Below are positions 10,540 to 20,313 of a stretch of 64,000 nt of DNA, in pieces. Every line of letters starts with the position of its first letter. Position 1 is the stretch's first letter. A model generated the notes under the pieces. That model was not told where the DNA came from. It ran no database searches and saw only the letters and a program-made list of their open reading frames with translations. The position numbers were made by a program, and so were the translations under genes. The DNA is from a virus (lineage: Duplodnaviria; Caudoviricetes): IMG/VR virus record IMGVR_UViG_3300044655_001017; one strand, written 5' to 3'.

Positions 10540-10590
10540 TATTTATCATAACTATGGCGAAGTATTATACACGCAGAAATCTTATAAATA
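10540..10590. promoter_or_regulatory. Divergent pair of late-promoter-like motifs
   Basis: GATAAATA on minus (10540-10547) and TATAAATA on plus (10583-10590) between divergent structural genes. Confidence 0.55.
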
Positions 10591-10608
10591 CTGCAAACGA
10601 GAACAAAT

Positions 10609-12963
10609 ATGGCACTAACTGTTTGGACACAATCCTCCGGGTCTCTTGGAACATTTCAAGAAGGCCTTAATTTTGAATTACAATTACCTGTTGCTAATGA
10701 CAACGGTGTTACATACACTAAAATATCTGGTGAGTTGCCTAACGGCTTATGGTTAAGTGATAATCGCATTCTTGGTACTCCGTACGAAGTTTTGCGAGAT
10801 ACATCATCATCATTCTGTATCCGCGCTAGTAAAAATAATCAAATTTCTGATAGAACATTTACTATCACAGTTACTGGCCCAGATAACCCAGTAATATTAA
10901 CACCTGCAGGATTATTAGATATTGGCATATACAAACAACTTTATGTTGTAGACGATGCGTTTGTAAACTATCAAATAGACGCATTTGATTCTGATATAAT
11001 TGCCGGACAACGGTTAACTTATTATATCACCAACGGCACGTTGCCGCCAGGGTTATCACTTACTCCTGATGGTAAAATTTACGGTGTAGTTGAATCTGTT
11101 ACTACGTTACAACCTGCTGAAGGAAATGGAACATACGATCACGGGTATTATGACGCCGGACCTTATGATTTTGCAAATCAACAACGACAAAATGGTTATG
11201 ACGAACTAAAATATGATTATATTGGGTACGATTTCTTTTTTGTAAATCAACCTCGAACACTTAACAGATTTTATGAGTTTGTAGTAGCAGTAACTGACGG
11301 TGATACATTAACTCCGCCGCATCACACATTTCAAATTTACGTAGTTAATCCTGATACGTTTAGGGCAGATTCTGAATCATTAGTTTCTAATGCTAAATGG
11401 TTTACGTCCGATGTATCTTACATTCAAGCTCCGGTATGGCTTACTCCTTCTGACTTAGGAACATTTAGAGCAAACAATTATGTTACGTTTGTGTTAGATG
11501 TTTTTGATACAACTGCTGTATATTATGAAGTTGACGACATTACAAAGTTGCCACCTAATATGAACATTGACTTAATAACAGGCGAAATATACGGCCGTGT
11601 TCCTGTACAACCGGCAGTTACTACAACCTACACGTTTACAGTAACTGCTATTAGATATGGAGACGTTGACACTGACGAAACAAACCGTGCGTCAAGAACA
11701 TTCACTGTTAAAATTATAGGCGAACTTGATAGTATTATTACATGGAACACTTCAGCTAACCTGGGACGAATTAATGCAGGTTATGTATCAACGTTTAACA
11801 TTAATGCATCTAGTTCTATAAAAGATGCACAAATAACATATGTGATAACAGGTGGAAAATTACCACCCGGATTAACCCTATCATATGACGGTGAAATATT
11901 AGGTACAGTATCACAATTTTCTAATCAGATTAATTTTGACAATAGAACTACTGTATTTGATGTTAATGCATCAGTATATCGAGTTACGTTTGACACGTAC
12001 AATTTAAAGAAAGCGCCCGGTCAACATCTTAACATAACTGATTATATGTTAACTCCAAATTTAGGTACTCGTGCTCATAATACATTTTTTGATTCTAATG
12101 CAACAACTATCGGAAAAGCAATAAATTCAACTACGTTTAATAACTCTAATATTAAAAATGGTCTTATATCATTTGATCTAACACCTATTACTAAAACAAC
12201 ATTTGATAACAACAATACTACTATTGATCGTGTTTATAATTTTACTGTTGAAGCATACGACCAGTATTTCATTAGTGCAATTTCTAAAACTTTTACTATA
12301 GCAGTTGATACACCAAATGAAATTGATTACAGTAACATATATGTTAAACCGTATATGACACCTAGTCATAGGGCAATATGGTCTAAATTTATTAATAACC
12401 CGTCTATTTTTACTCCAGATAACTTATACAGACAATACGATTCAATGTTTGGGTTACAATCAACGTTATCTATGATAATATATGCTGGCATTGAAACTAA
12501 ACATATTTCAGCTTATAACGAATTATTATCTGAACAGGTTAAACGATTTAAATTTGGAAATTTACAAAAAGCAATTGCATATATTTCCGGTACTAAAACT
12601 CCGGTATACGAAGTAATTTACGTTAATATGGTAGATCCATTATTAGAAGACACATTGTATGCAAAGGACAACGTTACTATGTGGAGATCGCAAATATCAA
12701 ATGTTGGTGAAGTTAGGTGGGATTACTTACCATTATGGATGCGATCTATACAACCGGGTGATAGAAAACAATTAGGTTTTGTATTAGGGGTGCCACTCTG
12801 TTATTGTAAGAATGGCGCAGCTGACGAGATTTTATTAAACATTAAATATAGTAATTTTGATTTTAAATTACTTGATTATACAGTTGACAGATTTACAATA
12901 ACTAAAGTTAACGGCTACGATGCCGATAAATATATTGTATTTAACAATAGGAACCACATATGA
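10609..12963 (+). CDS. Ig-like (putative Ig/He_PIG) repeat virion protein, possibly baseplate
   Basis: Four G.LP.G(L/M).L...G.I.G.P modules followed by F(T/C)(V/I).A; Tyr-Asp-rich segment. Confidence 0.7.
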   Translation: MALTVWTQSSGSLGTFQEGLNFELQLPVANDNGVTYTKISGELPNGLWLSDNRILGTPYEVLRDTSSSFCIRASKNNQISDRTFTITVTGPDNPVILTPAGLLDIGIYKQLYVVDDAFVNYQIDAFDSDIIAGQRLTYYITNGTLPPGLSLTPDGKIYGVVESVTTLQPAEGNGTYDHGYYDAGPYDFANQQRQNGYDELKYDYIGYDFFFVNQPRTLNRFYEFVVAVTDGDTLTPPHHTFQIYVVNPDTFRADSESLVSNAKWFTSDVSYIQAPVWLTPSDLGTFRANNYVTFVLDVFDTTAVYYEVDDITKLPPNMNIDLITGEIYGRVPVQPAVTTTYTFTVTAIRYGDVDTDETNRASRTFTVKIIGELDSIITWNTSANLGRINAGYVSTFNINASSSIKDAQITYVITGGKLPPGLTLSYDGEILGTVSQFSNQINFDNRTTVFDVNASVYRVTFDTYNLKKAPGQHLNITDYMLTPNLGTRAHNTFFDSNATTIGKAINSTTFNNSNIKNGLISFDLTPITKTTFDNNNTTIDRVYNFTVEAYDQYFISAISKTFTIAVDTPNEIDYSNIYVKPYMTPSHRAIWSKFINNPSIFTPDNLYRQYDSMFGLQSTLSMIIYAGIETKHISAYNELLSEQVKRFKFGNLQKAIAYISGTKTPVYEVIYVNMVDPLLEDTLYAKDNVTMWRSQISNVGEVRWDYLPLWMRSIQPGDRKQLGFVLGVPLCYCKNGAADEILLNIKYSNFDFKLLDYTVDRFTITKVNGYDADKYIVFNNRNHI

Positions 12964-13571
12964 GTAGTATTATAACCAACACAATTCTTACTAACTATCC
13001 AGTAGCAGGAGTTGATAACGATAGTCAAGGATTCCGTGATAATTTTACGAGAATTCAAGCAGCATTGGCACAGGCTAAAGCCGAGCTTATACAATTTGAA
13101 AATAAAGCATTATTAAAAACTAATTTAAATGCCACTGACACAAATCCAGTTACTAGTGATTTAGTTGGGGGAATTATTTTAAATGGAAGATACAATAAAT
13201 TCTATGGTGCTAGTAATTACTTAGTTAATGAAGAAGTTGACGGCGTCGGTGTTAGTGATGTTACCGTTAGTATTTCGTTATGGGATGGAATATATCAATC
13301 TTTTGCATTGGCTCAAGATACAACAGTTACATTTATTCAATGGCCAGATGACGGACAATACGGAAATATTAGAGTGCAGTTTACTGCATCAACGTCGACT
13401 GATGTAACCTTAACTTCAATTACGTCGTCAAATGGCGGAACAGTAATTCCAGATGTGTCGTTTCCTGCATTAACAATTACTAATGATGCGTATTATGTAA
13501 TTGAAGCATGGAGTGTAGATCACGGTGCAACTGTATTTTTAAAATACATTGGTAAATTTAATAAACCATAA
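12960..13571 (+). CDS. Hypothetical, probably virion structural protein
   Basis: ATGA overlap with the upstream gene; YPVAGVDNDSQGFRDNF N-terminus then coiled coil. Confidence 0.65.
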   Translation: MSSIITNTILTNYPVAGVDNDSQGFRDNFTRIQAALAQAKAELIQFENKALLKTNLNATDTNPVTSDLVGGIILNGRYNKFYGASNYLVNEEVDGVGVSDVTVSISLWDGIYQSFALAQDTTVTFIQWPDDGQYGNIRVQFTASTSTDVTLTSITSSNGGTVIPDVSFPALTITNDAYYVIEAWSVDHGATVFLKYIGKFNKP

Positions 13572-13579
13572 AGGTAATT

Positions 13580-13810
13580 ATGCATCCATTAGTAAACGAT
13601 TTATCAACATTAAAAACTGCTGATATTGAAGCTAAAATAAATGATTTAACAAAAAAGTATTTTATGACTTCAAATTTTGAAGTACAATGCCAAATCTCAT
13701 CTATATTAGACTCTTACAAAGAAGAAGTAGGAAGACGACAAGCTGAAGAATGGAATAAAGTGATGGAATCAAGAAATAAAGGACTTGACAAATTAATAAA
13801 TGTAAGTTAA
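13580..13810 (+). CDS. Hypothetical protein
   Basis: AAGGT RBS, 76-aa helical ORF in operon. Confidence 0.7.
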   Translation: MHPLVNDLSTLKTADIEAKINDLTKKYFMTSNFEVQCQISSILDSYKEEVGRRQAEEWNKVMESRNKGLDKLINVS

Positions 13811-13813
13811 AAT
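13785..13813 (+). promoter_or_regulatory. sigma70-type promoter
   Basis: TTGACA-N17-TAAAAT just before the DnaE-fragment gene. Confidence 0.7.
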
Positions 13814-13819
13814 ACATAC

Positions 13820-14326
13820 ATGAAATTAGACAAATTTGCAAATCCAATTTTTAACGAAGCTGATGTGTTTGATGCCCTGTATGCAGGGCATCAGTCAGCA
13901 ATCTCAAATATCGTAGTTGAAGATAACTACGAATTTTTACAATTATCAAACATAGCAGAAATAACCTTTGCTAAAAATTTAGAAACATTAGACACTACTG
14001 TTGAAGAGTACGACAGTATTAATCAACAACATTGGTTTATGCCTGAACAGTATTATACATTTAATATACAAGAATATTGCATTAGTAAATGCAACTCCTT
14101 AGATGAACAAACTAGGGTTATTGAAGAATTGGCTGAATTTAAAAATAGAAATTTAATGCAAGTATTACAATGGTTAAAATATTTTGTCGATACTTGTTTA
14201 GCTGAAAACATAATATGGGGTGTAGGTAGAGGGTCTAGTGTTTCAAGTTTTGTATTATATTTGTTAAATGTTCATAGAATTCATAGCATTAAATATAATT
14301 TAGACTGGCGAGAGTTTCTAAGATAA
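13820..14326 (+). CDS. Stand-alone fragment homologous to DNA polymerase III alpha (DnaE)
   Basis: RVIEEL...WGVGRGSSVSSFVLYLLNVHRIHSIKYNLDWREFLR mirrors DnaE GRGSAAGSLVAY.LGIT..DP.KY.L.FERFL; only 168 aa. Confidence 0.75.
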   Translation: MKLDKFANPIFNEADVFDALYAGHQSAISNIVVEDNYEFLQLSNIAEITFAKNLETLDTTVEEYDSINQQHWFMPEQYYTFNIQEYCISKCNSLDEQTRVIEELAEFKNRNLMQVLQWLKYFVDTCLAENIIWGVGRGSSVSSFVLYLLNVHRIHSIKYNLDWREFLR

Positions 14327-14352
14327 GTATACACAACAATAAGGAGAATAAT

Positions 14353-14679
14353 ATGTCAGATTTTCATAAATCAGCTAGAGGTAAAGTCGTCGATATGAAT
14401 CGACTAATGAGTCAAAATGAACTAATGGTTGCAGTTAGCAATGTTAAAATTAATGCACGCGGGGATGAACTCGGGCCAGGCGGGCAAATTATTCGTAATC
14501 AAAATAGTGGAGAATCTAGCTATGTAGGGGTTCCGGTTGAACACCGTTCATTTGGAAATAATTTAACGCAACCACTAGTACGCCCTGAAGTAGTTACAGA
14601 AGCGCCAAATGCATTAGTACAACCAATTCCTGAACCTATAGAAAATAAACCATTAGAAAAAACATCAAAAGGCAAATAA
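14353..14679 (+). CDS. Hypothetical protein
   Basis: AAGGAG RBS; 108 aa; coupled to groES. Confidence 0.75.
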   Translation: MSDFHKSARGKVVDMNRLMSQNELMVAVSNVKINARGDELGPGGQIIRNQNSGESSYVGVPVEHRSFGNNLTQPLVRPEVVTEAPNALVQPIPEPIENKPLEKTSKGK

Positions 14680-15059
14680 TGATTAAAGGTGAGTTAGATA
14701 CAATTCATGATAACGTACTTGTTACAGATATGAATTTTGCAGAACAAGTTACTACAGGCGGCATTATTGTCGGAAGTGACAACGGTAAAACTGAAGGTAT
14801 TAAACCTCGATGGGGTAAAGTATTCAAAATTGGTCCAGACCAACATGATGTAAAAGTTGGTGATTGGATCTTAGTAGAACACGGTCGATGGACTCGAGGA
14901 GTTCAACTCGAAGATGAAAACGGCAACGTTGCTACTATTAGACGAGTTGAAACTACATCAATTTTAGCAGTCTCTGATCATTTACCTACGGATATTAATC
15001 TAGGCGCGTCAAACGCATCAACTGTACAAGAGTTCGACTTTAGTCAACCAATGTACTAA
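14679..15059 (+). CDS. groES: Co-chaperonin GroES-like protein
   Basis: IHDNVLV, TTGGIIV mobile loop, GKVFKIGP, VKVGDWILV. Confidence 0.85.
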   Translation: MIKGELDTIHDNVLVTDMNFAEQVTTGGIIVGSDNGKTEGIKPRWGKVFKIGPDQHDVKVGDWILVEHGRWTRGVQLEDENGNVATIRRVETTSILAVSDHLPTDINLGASNASTVQEFDFSQPMY

Positions 15060-15080
15060 TCAACATGAGTAATGGAGAAC

Positions 15081-15109
15081 TTGACATTCTCCATTACTTA
15101 CTATATAAT
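15081..15109 (+). promoter_or_regulatory. sigma70-type promoter inside a 12-bp inverted repeat
   Basis: TTGACA-N17-TATAAT; AGTAATGGAGAA (15068-15079) and TTCTCCATTACT (15087-15098) flank the -35 box. Confidence 0.8.
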
Positions 15110-15135
15110 ATACTTTTTAAACACAACAAAAAGGC

Positions 15136-16062
15136 ATGCAAATGGCAACAACATCATTATGGGTTGAAAAATATCGTCCAAATACAATAGATAGCTACGT
15201 ATTTAGAGATCAGCAGCAAAAAAATCAAATAGACGGGTGGATTAAACAGCAAAGCATTCCACATCTACTGTTTAGTGGTAGTGCCGGTATTGGTAAAACT
15301 ACACTTGCAAAAATATTGTTTAATGAACTAGATATTGAACCATTAGACATTTTAGAAATTAACGGATCAAGAACTAACTCAGTTGACGACGTTCGTAACT
15401 TAATTACTAACTTTGTACAAATGATTCCGTTTGGTGACTTTAAAGTTGTATTATTAGACGAAGCAGATTACTTATCAGTGAATGCACAAGCAGCATTGCG
15501 TGGGGTTATGGAAGAATATCATAACACTGCAAGATTTTTACTTACATGTAACTATCCGCATAAAATTATTCCTGCTATACATTCAAGATGTCAAGGGTTT
15601 CATATTGAAAAAGTTGATATTGTAGAATTTACTGCAAGGGTAGCTACTATTTTAGTAGAAGAAAATGTTGATTTTGATTTAGACACACTTGATACTTTTG
15701 TTAAAGCAACTTACCCAGATCTACGAAAATGTATTAATACAGTACAGATGAACAGTTTAAGTGGTACGCTTGCGTCACCATCATATAGCGATACTGGTAG
15801 CGGCGACTATAAAGTAGAAATGGTAGAATTATTTAAAGCAGGTAAAATATCCGATGCCCGTAAACTGCTATGTTCTCAAGCACGACCAGAAGAGATGGAA
15901 GAAATCTATAGATGGTTATATGATAATGTAGAAATATTTGGTAACGAGACACTACAAAATAAAGCTATCCTTATTATTAAACAAGGACTAGTTGATCATA
16001 CTATTATTGCAGATGCAGAGATTAATTTATCTGCTACATTAATACGATTAGGCAATCTGTAA
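15136..16062 (+). CDS. Clamp loader AAA+ subunit (RFC / T4 gp44-like)
   Basis: LWVEKYRP, Walker A GSAGIGKT, LLDEAD, AQAALR, SRC motif, DLRKCIN. Confidence 0.92.
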   Translation: MQMATTSLWVEKYRPNTIDSYVFRDQQQKNQIDGWIKQQSIPHLLFSGSAGIGKTTLAKILFNELDIEPLDILEINGSRTNSVDDVRNLITNFVQMIPFGDFKVVLLDEADYLSVNAQAALRGVMEEYHNTARFLLTCNYPHKIIPAIHSRCQGFHIEKVDIVEFTARVATILVEENVDFDLDTLDTFVKATYPDLRKCINTVQMNSLSGTLASPSYSDTGSGDYKVEMVELFKAGKISDARKLLCSQARPEEMEEIYRWLYDNVEIFGNETLQNKAILIIKQGLVDHTIIADAEINLSATLIRLGNL

Positions 16063-16064
16063 AC

Positions 16065-16093
16065 TTGCAGTAATGCATTTAATATAGTATAAT
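16065..16093 (+). promoter_or_regulatory. sigma70-type promoter candidate
   Basis: TTGCAG-N17-TATAAT. Confidence 0.55.
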
Positions 16094-16123
16094 ATGTTTT
16101 TATTTAATTACTAAGGAGCAACT

Positions 16124-16333
16124 ATGTTGTTAATTTATTTTAAGGTGCTAGCTGTATTATTATTCTTTCTACTACAGTTTATTTTTGTACTACCGTACTA
16201 CATGTCATCAAACGAATGGTGGGAATTTACACTAGGTTGGTTTATTTTATTAATCATTGATCCAATTGTAATTTACAAATTATGGAAGGATGCAGTTAAA
16301 CCCGTTGACGAACTTTTTAAGGATGTGAAATAA
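16124..16333 (+). CDS. Small two-TM membrane protein
   Basis: AAGGAG RBS; two hydrophobic segments. Confidence 0.7.
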   Translation: MLLIYFKVLAVLLFFLLQFIFVLPYYMSSNEWWEFTLGWFILLIIDPIVIYKLWKDAVKPVDELFKDVK

Positions 16334-16380
16334 TAACTACACTATTATTTCTCAATTATCTTTACCTCAGGTGATTACTT

Positions 16381-16812
16381 ATGAAACTTAAATTCAAACA
16401 ATACTATATGAATATTGCATACGAATCTGCAAACTTATCACATGCGATAAAATTAAAAGTTGGAGCAGTAATTGTTACCGAAACCGGGGTTATGCTTACT
16501 TCGTGGAATGGAACTCCGATTGGGTGGGATAATGTCTGCGAAGACGAAATGGATACAATTCAAACTAGTAATTCATATCTTAAAACTAAACCAGAAGTTA
16601 TTCATGCTGAGAGCAATTGCATATCAAAATTAGCAAAATCAACTGAAACTGGTAAAGGTGCTTTTATGTTTATTACACATGCTCCATGCATTGAATGTGC
16701 TAAATTAATATATCAAACTGGAATTACTAAAGTATTCTACACAGAAACTTATCGCAGTGCCGCCGGACTTGAGTTTTTAGAAAAATGTGGTATAACTGTT
16801 GAAAAATTATAA
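16381..16812 (+). CDS. dCMP deaminase
   Basis: KVGAVIV, WNGTP.G, HAESN and APCIEC zinc motifs. Confidence 0.9.
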   Translation: MKLKFKQYYMNIAYESANLSHAIKLKVGAVIVTETGVMLTSWNGTPIGWDNVCEDEMDTIQTSNSYLKTKPEVIHAESNCISKLAKSTETGKGAFMFITHAPCIECAKLIYQTGITKVFYTETYRSAAGLEFLEKCGITVEKL

Positions 16813-16815
16813 AAA

Positions 16816-16839
16816 TAGCAGCTGACTAGTCAGCTGCTA
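16816..16839. terminator. Perfect 24-bp palindrome between convergent genes
   Basis: TAGCAGCTGACT/AGTCAGCTGCTA. Confidence 0.7.
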
Positions 16840-16856
16840 GTTCTATTTTAAAACTT

Positions 16857-17588
16857 CTAACTTTCCCCGTAGAGTGCCAAAACCTCTTTTACTGCGTTAT
16901 GGCGTTCAATATCTTTATGCGTAAAATACGCAACATCAATATGGCTTAATGCCGTTTTATTATTATCTAATCTATCAATAAATTCTAATAAACCGTTATC
17001 GTGCAAGCGATCAGCTTGTGCTAAATCTCCTGTTACAACCATACGTGAATTTTCCCCTAATCTAGTAAGAGCCATCTTCATTTGATTAGGAGTTGTATTT
17101 TGAGCTTCGTCAAAAATGATATACGCATTTTTGAAAGTTCTCCCTCTCATATAACTTAGTGGACTAATTTCAATATCACCCTCAGCTAGAAATTTTGCAA
17201 TGTCTGTCTGATGGTAATACTCTCCGAATACATCAAAAATAGGTCTTGTCCATGGCGCCATCTTTTCATTTAATGTGCCTGGTAAGAACCCTAATTCTTC
17301 ATCTACCGATACTGCTGGTCTAGTTACAATAATCTTATCTATTAACCCTTCCTGAAATAATTTAATCCCATTTTGAACTGCTAACATCGTTTTCCCTGTA
17401 CCTGCCGGTCCAACTGCAAACACAATGCTAGTATCTTCATCTTGTAGCATTGCGACATATTCTTTCTGACTCTGGTTGCGCGGGTTTAATGTTACGCTGT
17501 ATCTTTTTGGTTTAATCAATTTTGGTTGTTGAAACTCAACTATGTTAACTTGCGATGTGAAACGTTTTTGTACTCGTTTTTGGGCCAT
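16857..17588 (-). CDS. phoH: PhoH-family ATPase
   Basis: GPAGTGKT, TRPAV, LGFLPG, YMRGRTF, DEAQN, TRLGE, GDLAQ. Confidence 0.93.
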   Translation of the reverse strand: MAQKRVQKRFTSQVNIVEFQQPKLIKPKRYSVTLNPRNQSQKEYVAMLQDEDTSIVFAVGPAGTGKTMLAVQNGIKLFQEGLIDKIIVTRPAVSVDEELGFLPGTLNEKMAPWTRPIFDVFGEYYHQTDIAKFLAEGDIEISPLSYMRGRTFKNAYIIFDEAQNTTPNQMKMALTRLGENSRMVVTGDLAQADRLHDNGLLEFIDRLDNNKTALSHIDVAYFTHKDIERHNAVKEVLALYGES

Positions 17589-17705
17589 ATAGTGTAACTC
17601 CTAGTTTTTTGTTAGAATGGTAGTACCCACAGCGACATGGATACTACACAGTTATTTAATGAAAGGGAGTTAAATATAAAGAAATACCGGTTGATTTTAA
17701 ACCAG

Positions 17706-17713
17706 GATAAATA
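17706..17713 (+). promoter_or_regulatory. Late promoter candidate (GATAAATA)
   Basis: 25 nt before the ATG at 17739, which has an AGGA RBS. Confidence 0.5.
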
Positions 17714-17738
17714 AGTGTAAACGTTTTAGGATATTATT

Positions 17739-18326
17739 ATGCAACACGATGTATTAGATATTATTAAAAACATTCAAGATCTATATGAAAACAACTCAAG
17801 TCTAGCAGTATTAAAAGATTTTGAACGAGTGCTTGACGAACTAGATTTGTATGTTTATGACAACTGGGAAGATGGAGAATTAGCATATGGACCAAAAGTA
17901 GACCGTCATTGGATTACTGTTGGATTTATGTGGCCAAGAGATAAAATGCCTAACCCGGACGGTGGAAAACGATTAGTTGATTTAGGATGTAAAGTTAAGT
18001 ATCAAAAATCACATATGGTTGAGCCAAGAAACATTAAAACACCAGAAGACATACGACCGGGTACTAAAAAAGGTAAATTAGACCGACATCCAATTTGGAT
18101 TGTAGAAATGCAAATGCCAAAAAAATTAGCATTTGATATGTATAAAGGTTATATGGATAAGCTAAAAAATGAAAACATAGAACCACCAAAAGAACCAGCA
18201 CAGCCAGCTCCTGCACCGGGCGGAGCACCAGCACCGGGCGGAATGCCTCCAGCAGCAGGCGGAATGCCTCCAGCAGGCGGAATGCCTCCAGCAGTAGGCG
18301 GGGCACCAGCTCCTGCACCAATGTAA
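17739..18326 (+). CDS. Hypothetical protein with Pro/Ala/Gly tail
   Basis: 195 aa, AGGA RBS, low-complexity C-terminus. Confidence 0.75.
   Translation: MQHDVLDIIKNIQDLYENNSSLAVLKDFERVLDELDLYVYDNWEDGELAYGPKVDRHWITVGFMWPRDKMPNPDGGKRLVDLGCKVKYQKSHMVEPRNIKTPEDIRPGTKKGKLDRHPIWIVEMQMPKKLAFDMYKGYMDKLKNENIEPPKEPAQPAPAPGGAPAPGGMPPAAGGMPPAGGMPPAVGGAPAPAPM
18205..18320 (+). repeat. Coding GGMPPA repeats
   Basis: GGCGGAATGCCTCCAGCA at 18237, 18258 and 18276, plus GCACCGGGCGG repeats. Confidence 0.85.
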
Positions 18327-18334
18327 GGACAAAC

Positions 18335-19063
18335 ATGATTACAGAAAGCTTACACTCGCAGGATCTTAAAAACTTAGTTAAAAAAGTTTTTGAAATTGAC
18401 TCTTATAAAAGTAAAATAGGTGACGACCAAGATGTGGTAGTGTTATCGTTTACTGTTGATCACGAAGACCCTGCAAAAGATTTAGAAAATTTTGTAGAAA
18501 TGGGTTATGATTTTGTACTTGATGCAGATGTTAGTCCCGGTGAAACTGATGACGGTAATTACAAAGTGTTTATTGAATTAGAACGCAGTAGACATACTGC
18601 TGAACAAATTTTAGAGTTATTAACCGGCATTGAAAAACTAACAGGAATGTCTGATATGAGATTTAGATATTTTAAAAGTTTTAAAAGCCAAGATGCTAAT
18701 TTAGAAAATTTAACCTCAACTATTCCGGTTGATAAAAATGCATATGATATTGCAACTAAACGAGACAAATTAGACAACTTTAGTAATTTCTTTTCAAATA
18801 GTTTTTCAGACAAGGTTGAAGTAACTAACGAATCTATTACATTTAAAAGAATATGGACCGAGCCATTGTCATTTGAGATAATTACTAGTGGTCCTAAACA
18901 AACAGTTTATAACGCAATACAAGGTCCAATTATGTTGGAAGGTAGTTCTATTGCAGAAGTAATGTACTTTACAAAATGCATAGGTAACTACAATATTACC
19001 AAGGTTGGTAATACATTTATATTTGAAAACAGCGGATGGGCTGTTGCATTGGAGAAAAAATAA
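18335..19063 (+). CDS. Hypothetical protein
   Basis: AAGGA RBS; 242 aa; coupled to the endolysin. Confidence 0.75.
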   Translation: MITESLHSQDLKNLVKKVFEIDSYKSKIGDDQDVVVLSFTVDHEDPAKDLENFVEMGYDFVLDADVSPGETDDGNYKVFIELERSRHTAEQILELLTGIEKLTGMSDMRFRYFKSFKSQDANLENLTSTIPVDKNAYDIATKRDKLDNFSNFFSNSFSDKVEVTNESITFKRIWTEPLSFEIITSGPKQTVYNAIQGPIMLEGSSIAEVMYFTKCIGNYNITKVGNTFIFENSGWAVALEKK

Positions 19064-19683
19064 TGGCATTTACATTTACAGAAGCACACTTGGCAAAAAT
19101 TATTCCAGGTAACTCATACATTTCAGAATGGTATGACGCGTTATCATCTATCTTACCAGAATACGATATTAACACACCGGAACGTGTTGCAGCATTTCTT
19201 GCACAAACTGCACACGAAAGCGGTAACTATACTGCATTAAAAGAAAACTTAAATTATAAAGCAGCAACATTACTAAAAGTATTTCCTAAATATTTTCCAA
19301 ATGCAGCATTAGCAGAATCATATGCAGGTAAACCAGAAAAAATTGCTAGCAAAGTATACGGCAGTCGTATGGGCAACGGCGATGAATCTACAGGCGAAGG
19401 ATTTAAATTTTGTGGTCGTGGACTTATCCAATTAACAGGTAAAGATAACTATACACGTTTTGCAGAAAGTTTAGAAATGGATATTAACGAAACAATTGAA
19501 TACTTAGAAACATTTGAAGGCGCTGTACAAAGTGCTTGCTGGTTTTGGGAAACTAATAACTTAAACCAATGGGCTGATAAAGGTGATATCGTTACACTTA
19601 CTAAACGCATTAATGGCGGAACTATTGGTTTAGAAGACCGCAAGCACCACTACCAGAATGCAATCAAAGTATTGAGTGCATAA
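19063..19683 (+). CDS. Glycoside hydrolase family 19 endolysin
   Basis: AAFLAQTAHESG, GRGLIQLTGKDNY, SACWFW, TKRINGG. Start placed at 19063 (TAATG overlap, GGAG RBS). Confidence 0.9.
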   Translation: MAFTFTEAHLAKIIPGNSYISEWYDALSSILPEYDINTPERVAAFLAQTAHESGNYTALKENLNYKAATLLKVFPKYFPNAALAESYAGKPEKIASKVYGSRMGNGDESTGEGFKFCGRGLIQLTGKDNYTRFAESLEMDINETIEYLETFEGAVQSACWFWETNNLNQWADKGDIVTLTKRINGGTIGLEDRKHHYQNAIKVLSA

Positions 19684-20183
19684 TGTTTATCTTACATTTC
19701 CTCCCTGATTCATATTTACTTTGGGCGGTTAACACAATCCTGCTATTAGGTGCTATTGGTACTATAGCAGGATTTTTTATTAAGTTTATTCCATTTTTAA
19801 ATCATTACAAACTATTGTTAAATATACTGTCAACATTTTTACTAGTTGTAGGAGTTTACTTTAAAGGTGGTTATGGTGTTGAGATGGAGTGGCGTAACCG
19901 TGTAGCAGAACTTGAACAAAAAATAGCGATAGCAGAAGCCCAATCAAAAGAGGTTAATATCCAAATTGAAACTCGTGTGGTGGAAAAAGTAAAAGTTATT
20001 AAGGAAAAAGTATATGCAACCAAAAAAATTATTCAAGAACACAAAGAGATTATTAACGCTGAGTGTACTGTTCCTGATGTTGCAAGGGTGCTCTACAACA
20101 GTGCCGTTAACAATGAGCTTCCCGCAGGTACCTCCGTCCTTGATGGAGCCAGCACCAACGTTAAAGACATTATCTCAAACTAA
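19683..20183 (+). CDS. Putative inner-membrane spanin (Rz-like)
   Basis: N-terminal TM segments, then coiled coil; follows the endolysin and overlaps a lipoprotein gene. Confidence 0.6.
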   Translation: MFILHFLPDSYLLWAVNTILLLGAIGTIAGFFIKFIPFLNHYKLLLNILSTFLLVVGVYFKGGYGVEMEWRNRVAELEQKIAIAEAQSKEVNIQIETRVVEKVKVIKEKVYATKKIIQEHKEIINAECTVPDVARVLYNSAVNNELPAGTSVLDGASTNVKDIISN

Positions 20184-20313
20184 ACCAGAACTAAGTGATA
20201 TATTAGAAAATGCTAGTGAGAATTACGGTTCTTACTATGAACTACGAGAACGATATCTTGCATGGCAAGATTGGTACAAACAACAAACGAAAATATATGA
20301 GGACGTAAAATGA
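20014..20313 (+). CDS. Putative outer-membrane spanin lipoprotein (Rz1-like)
   Basis: Lipobox LMLQGC (Cys26, Ser at +2), Pro-rich mature region; overlaps the 3' 170 nt of the Rz-like gene in another frame. Confidence 0.65.
   Translation: MQPKKLFKNTKRLLTLSVLFLMLQGCSTTVPLTMSFPQVPPSLMEPAPTLKTLSQTKPELSDILENASENYGSYYELRERYLAWQDWYKQQTKIYEDVK

Noticed and set aside
17620-17650. Imperfect hairpin upstream of phoH
   Set aside because: Short and AT-rich with mismatches; not distinguishable from chance.
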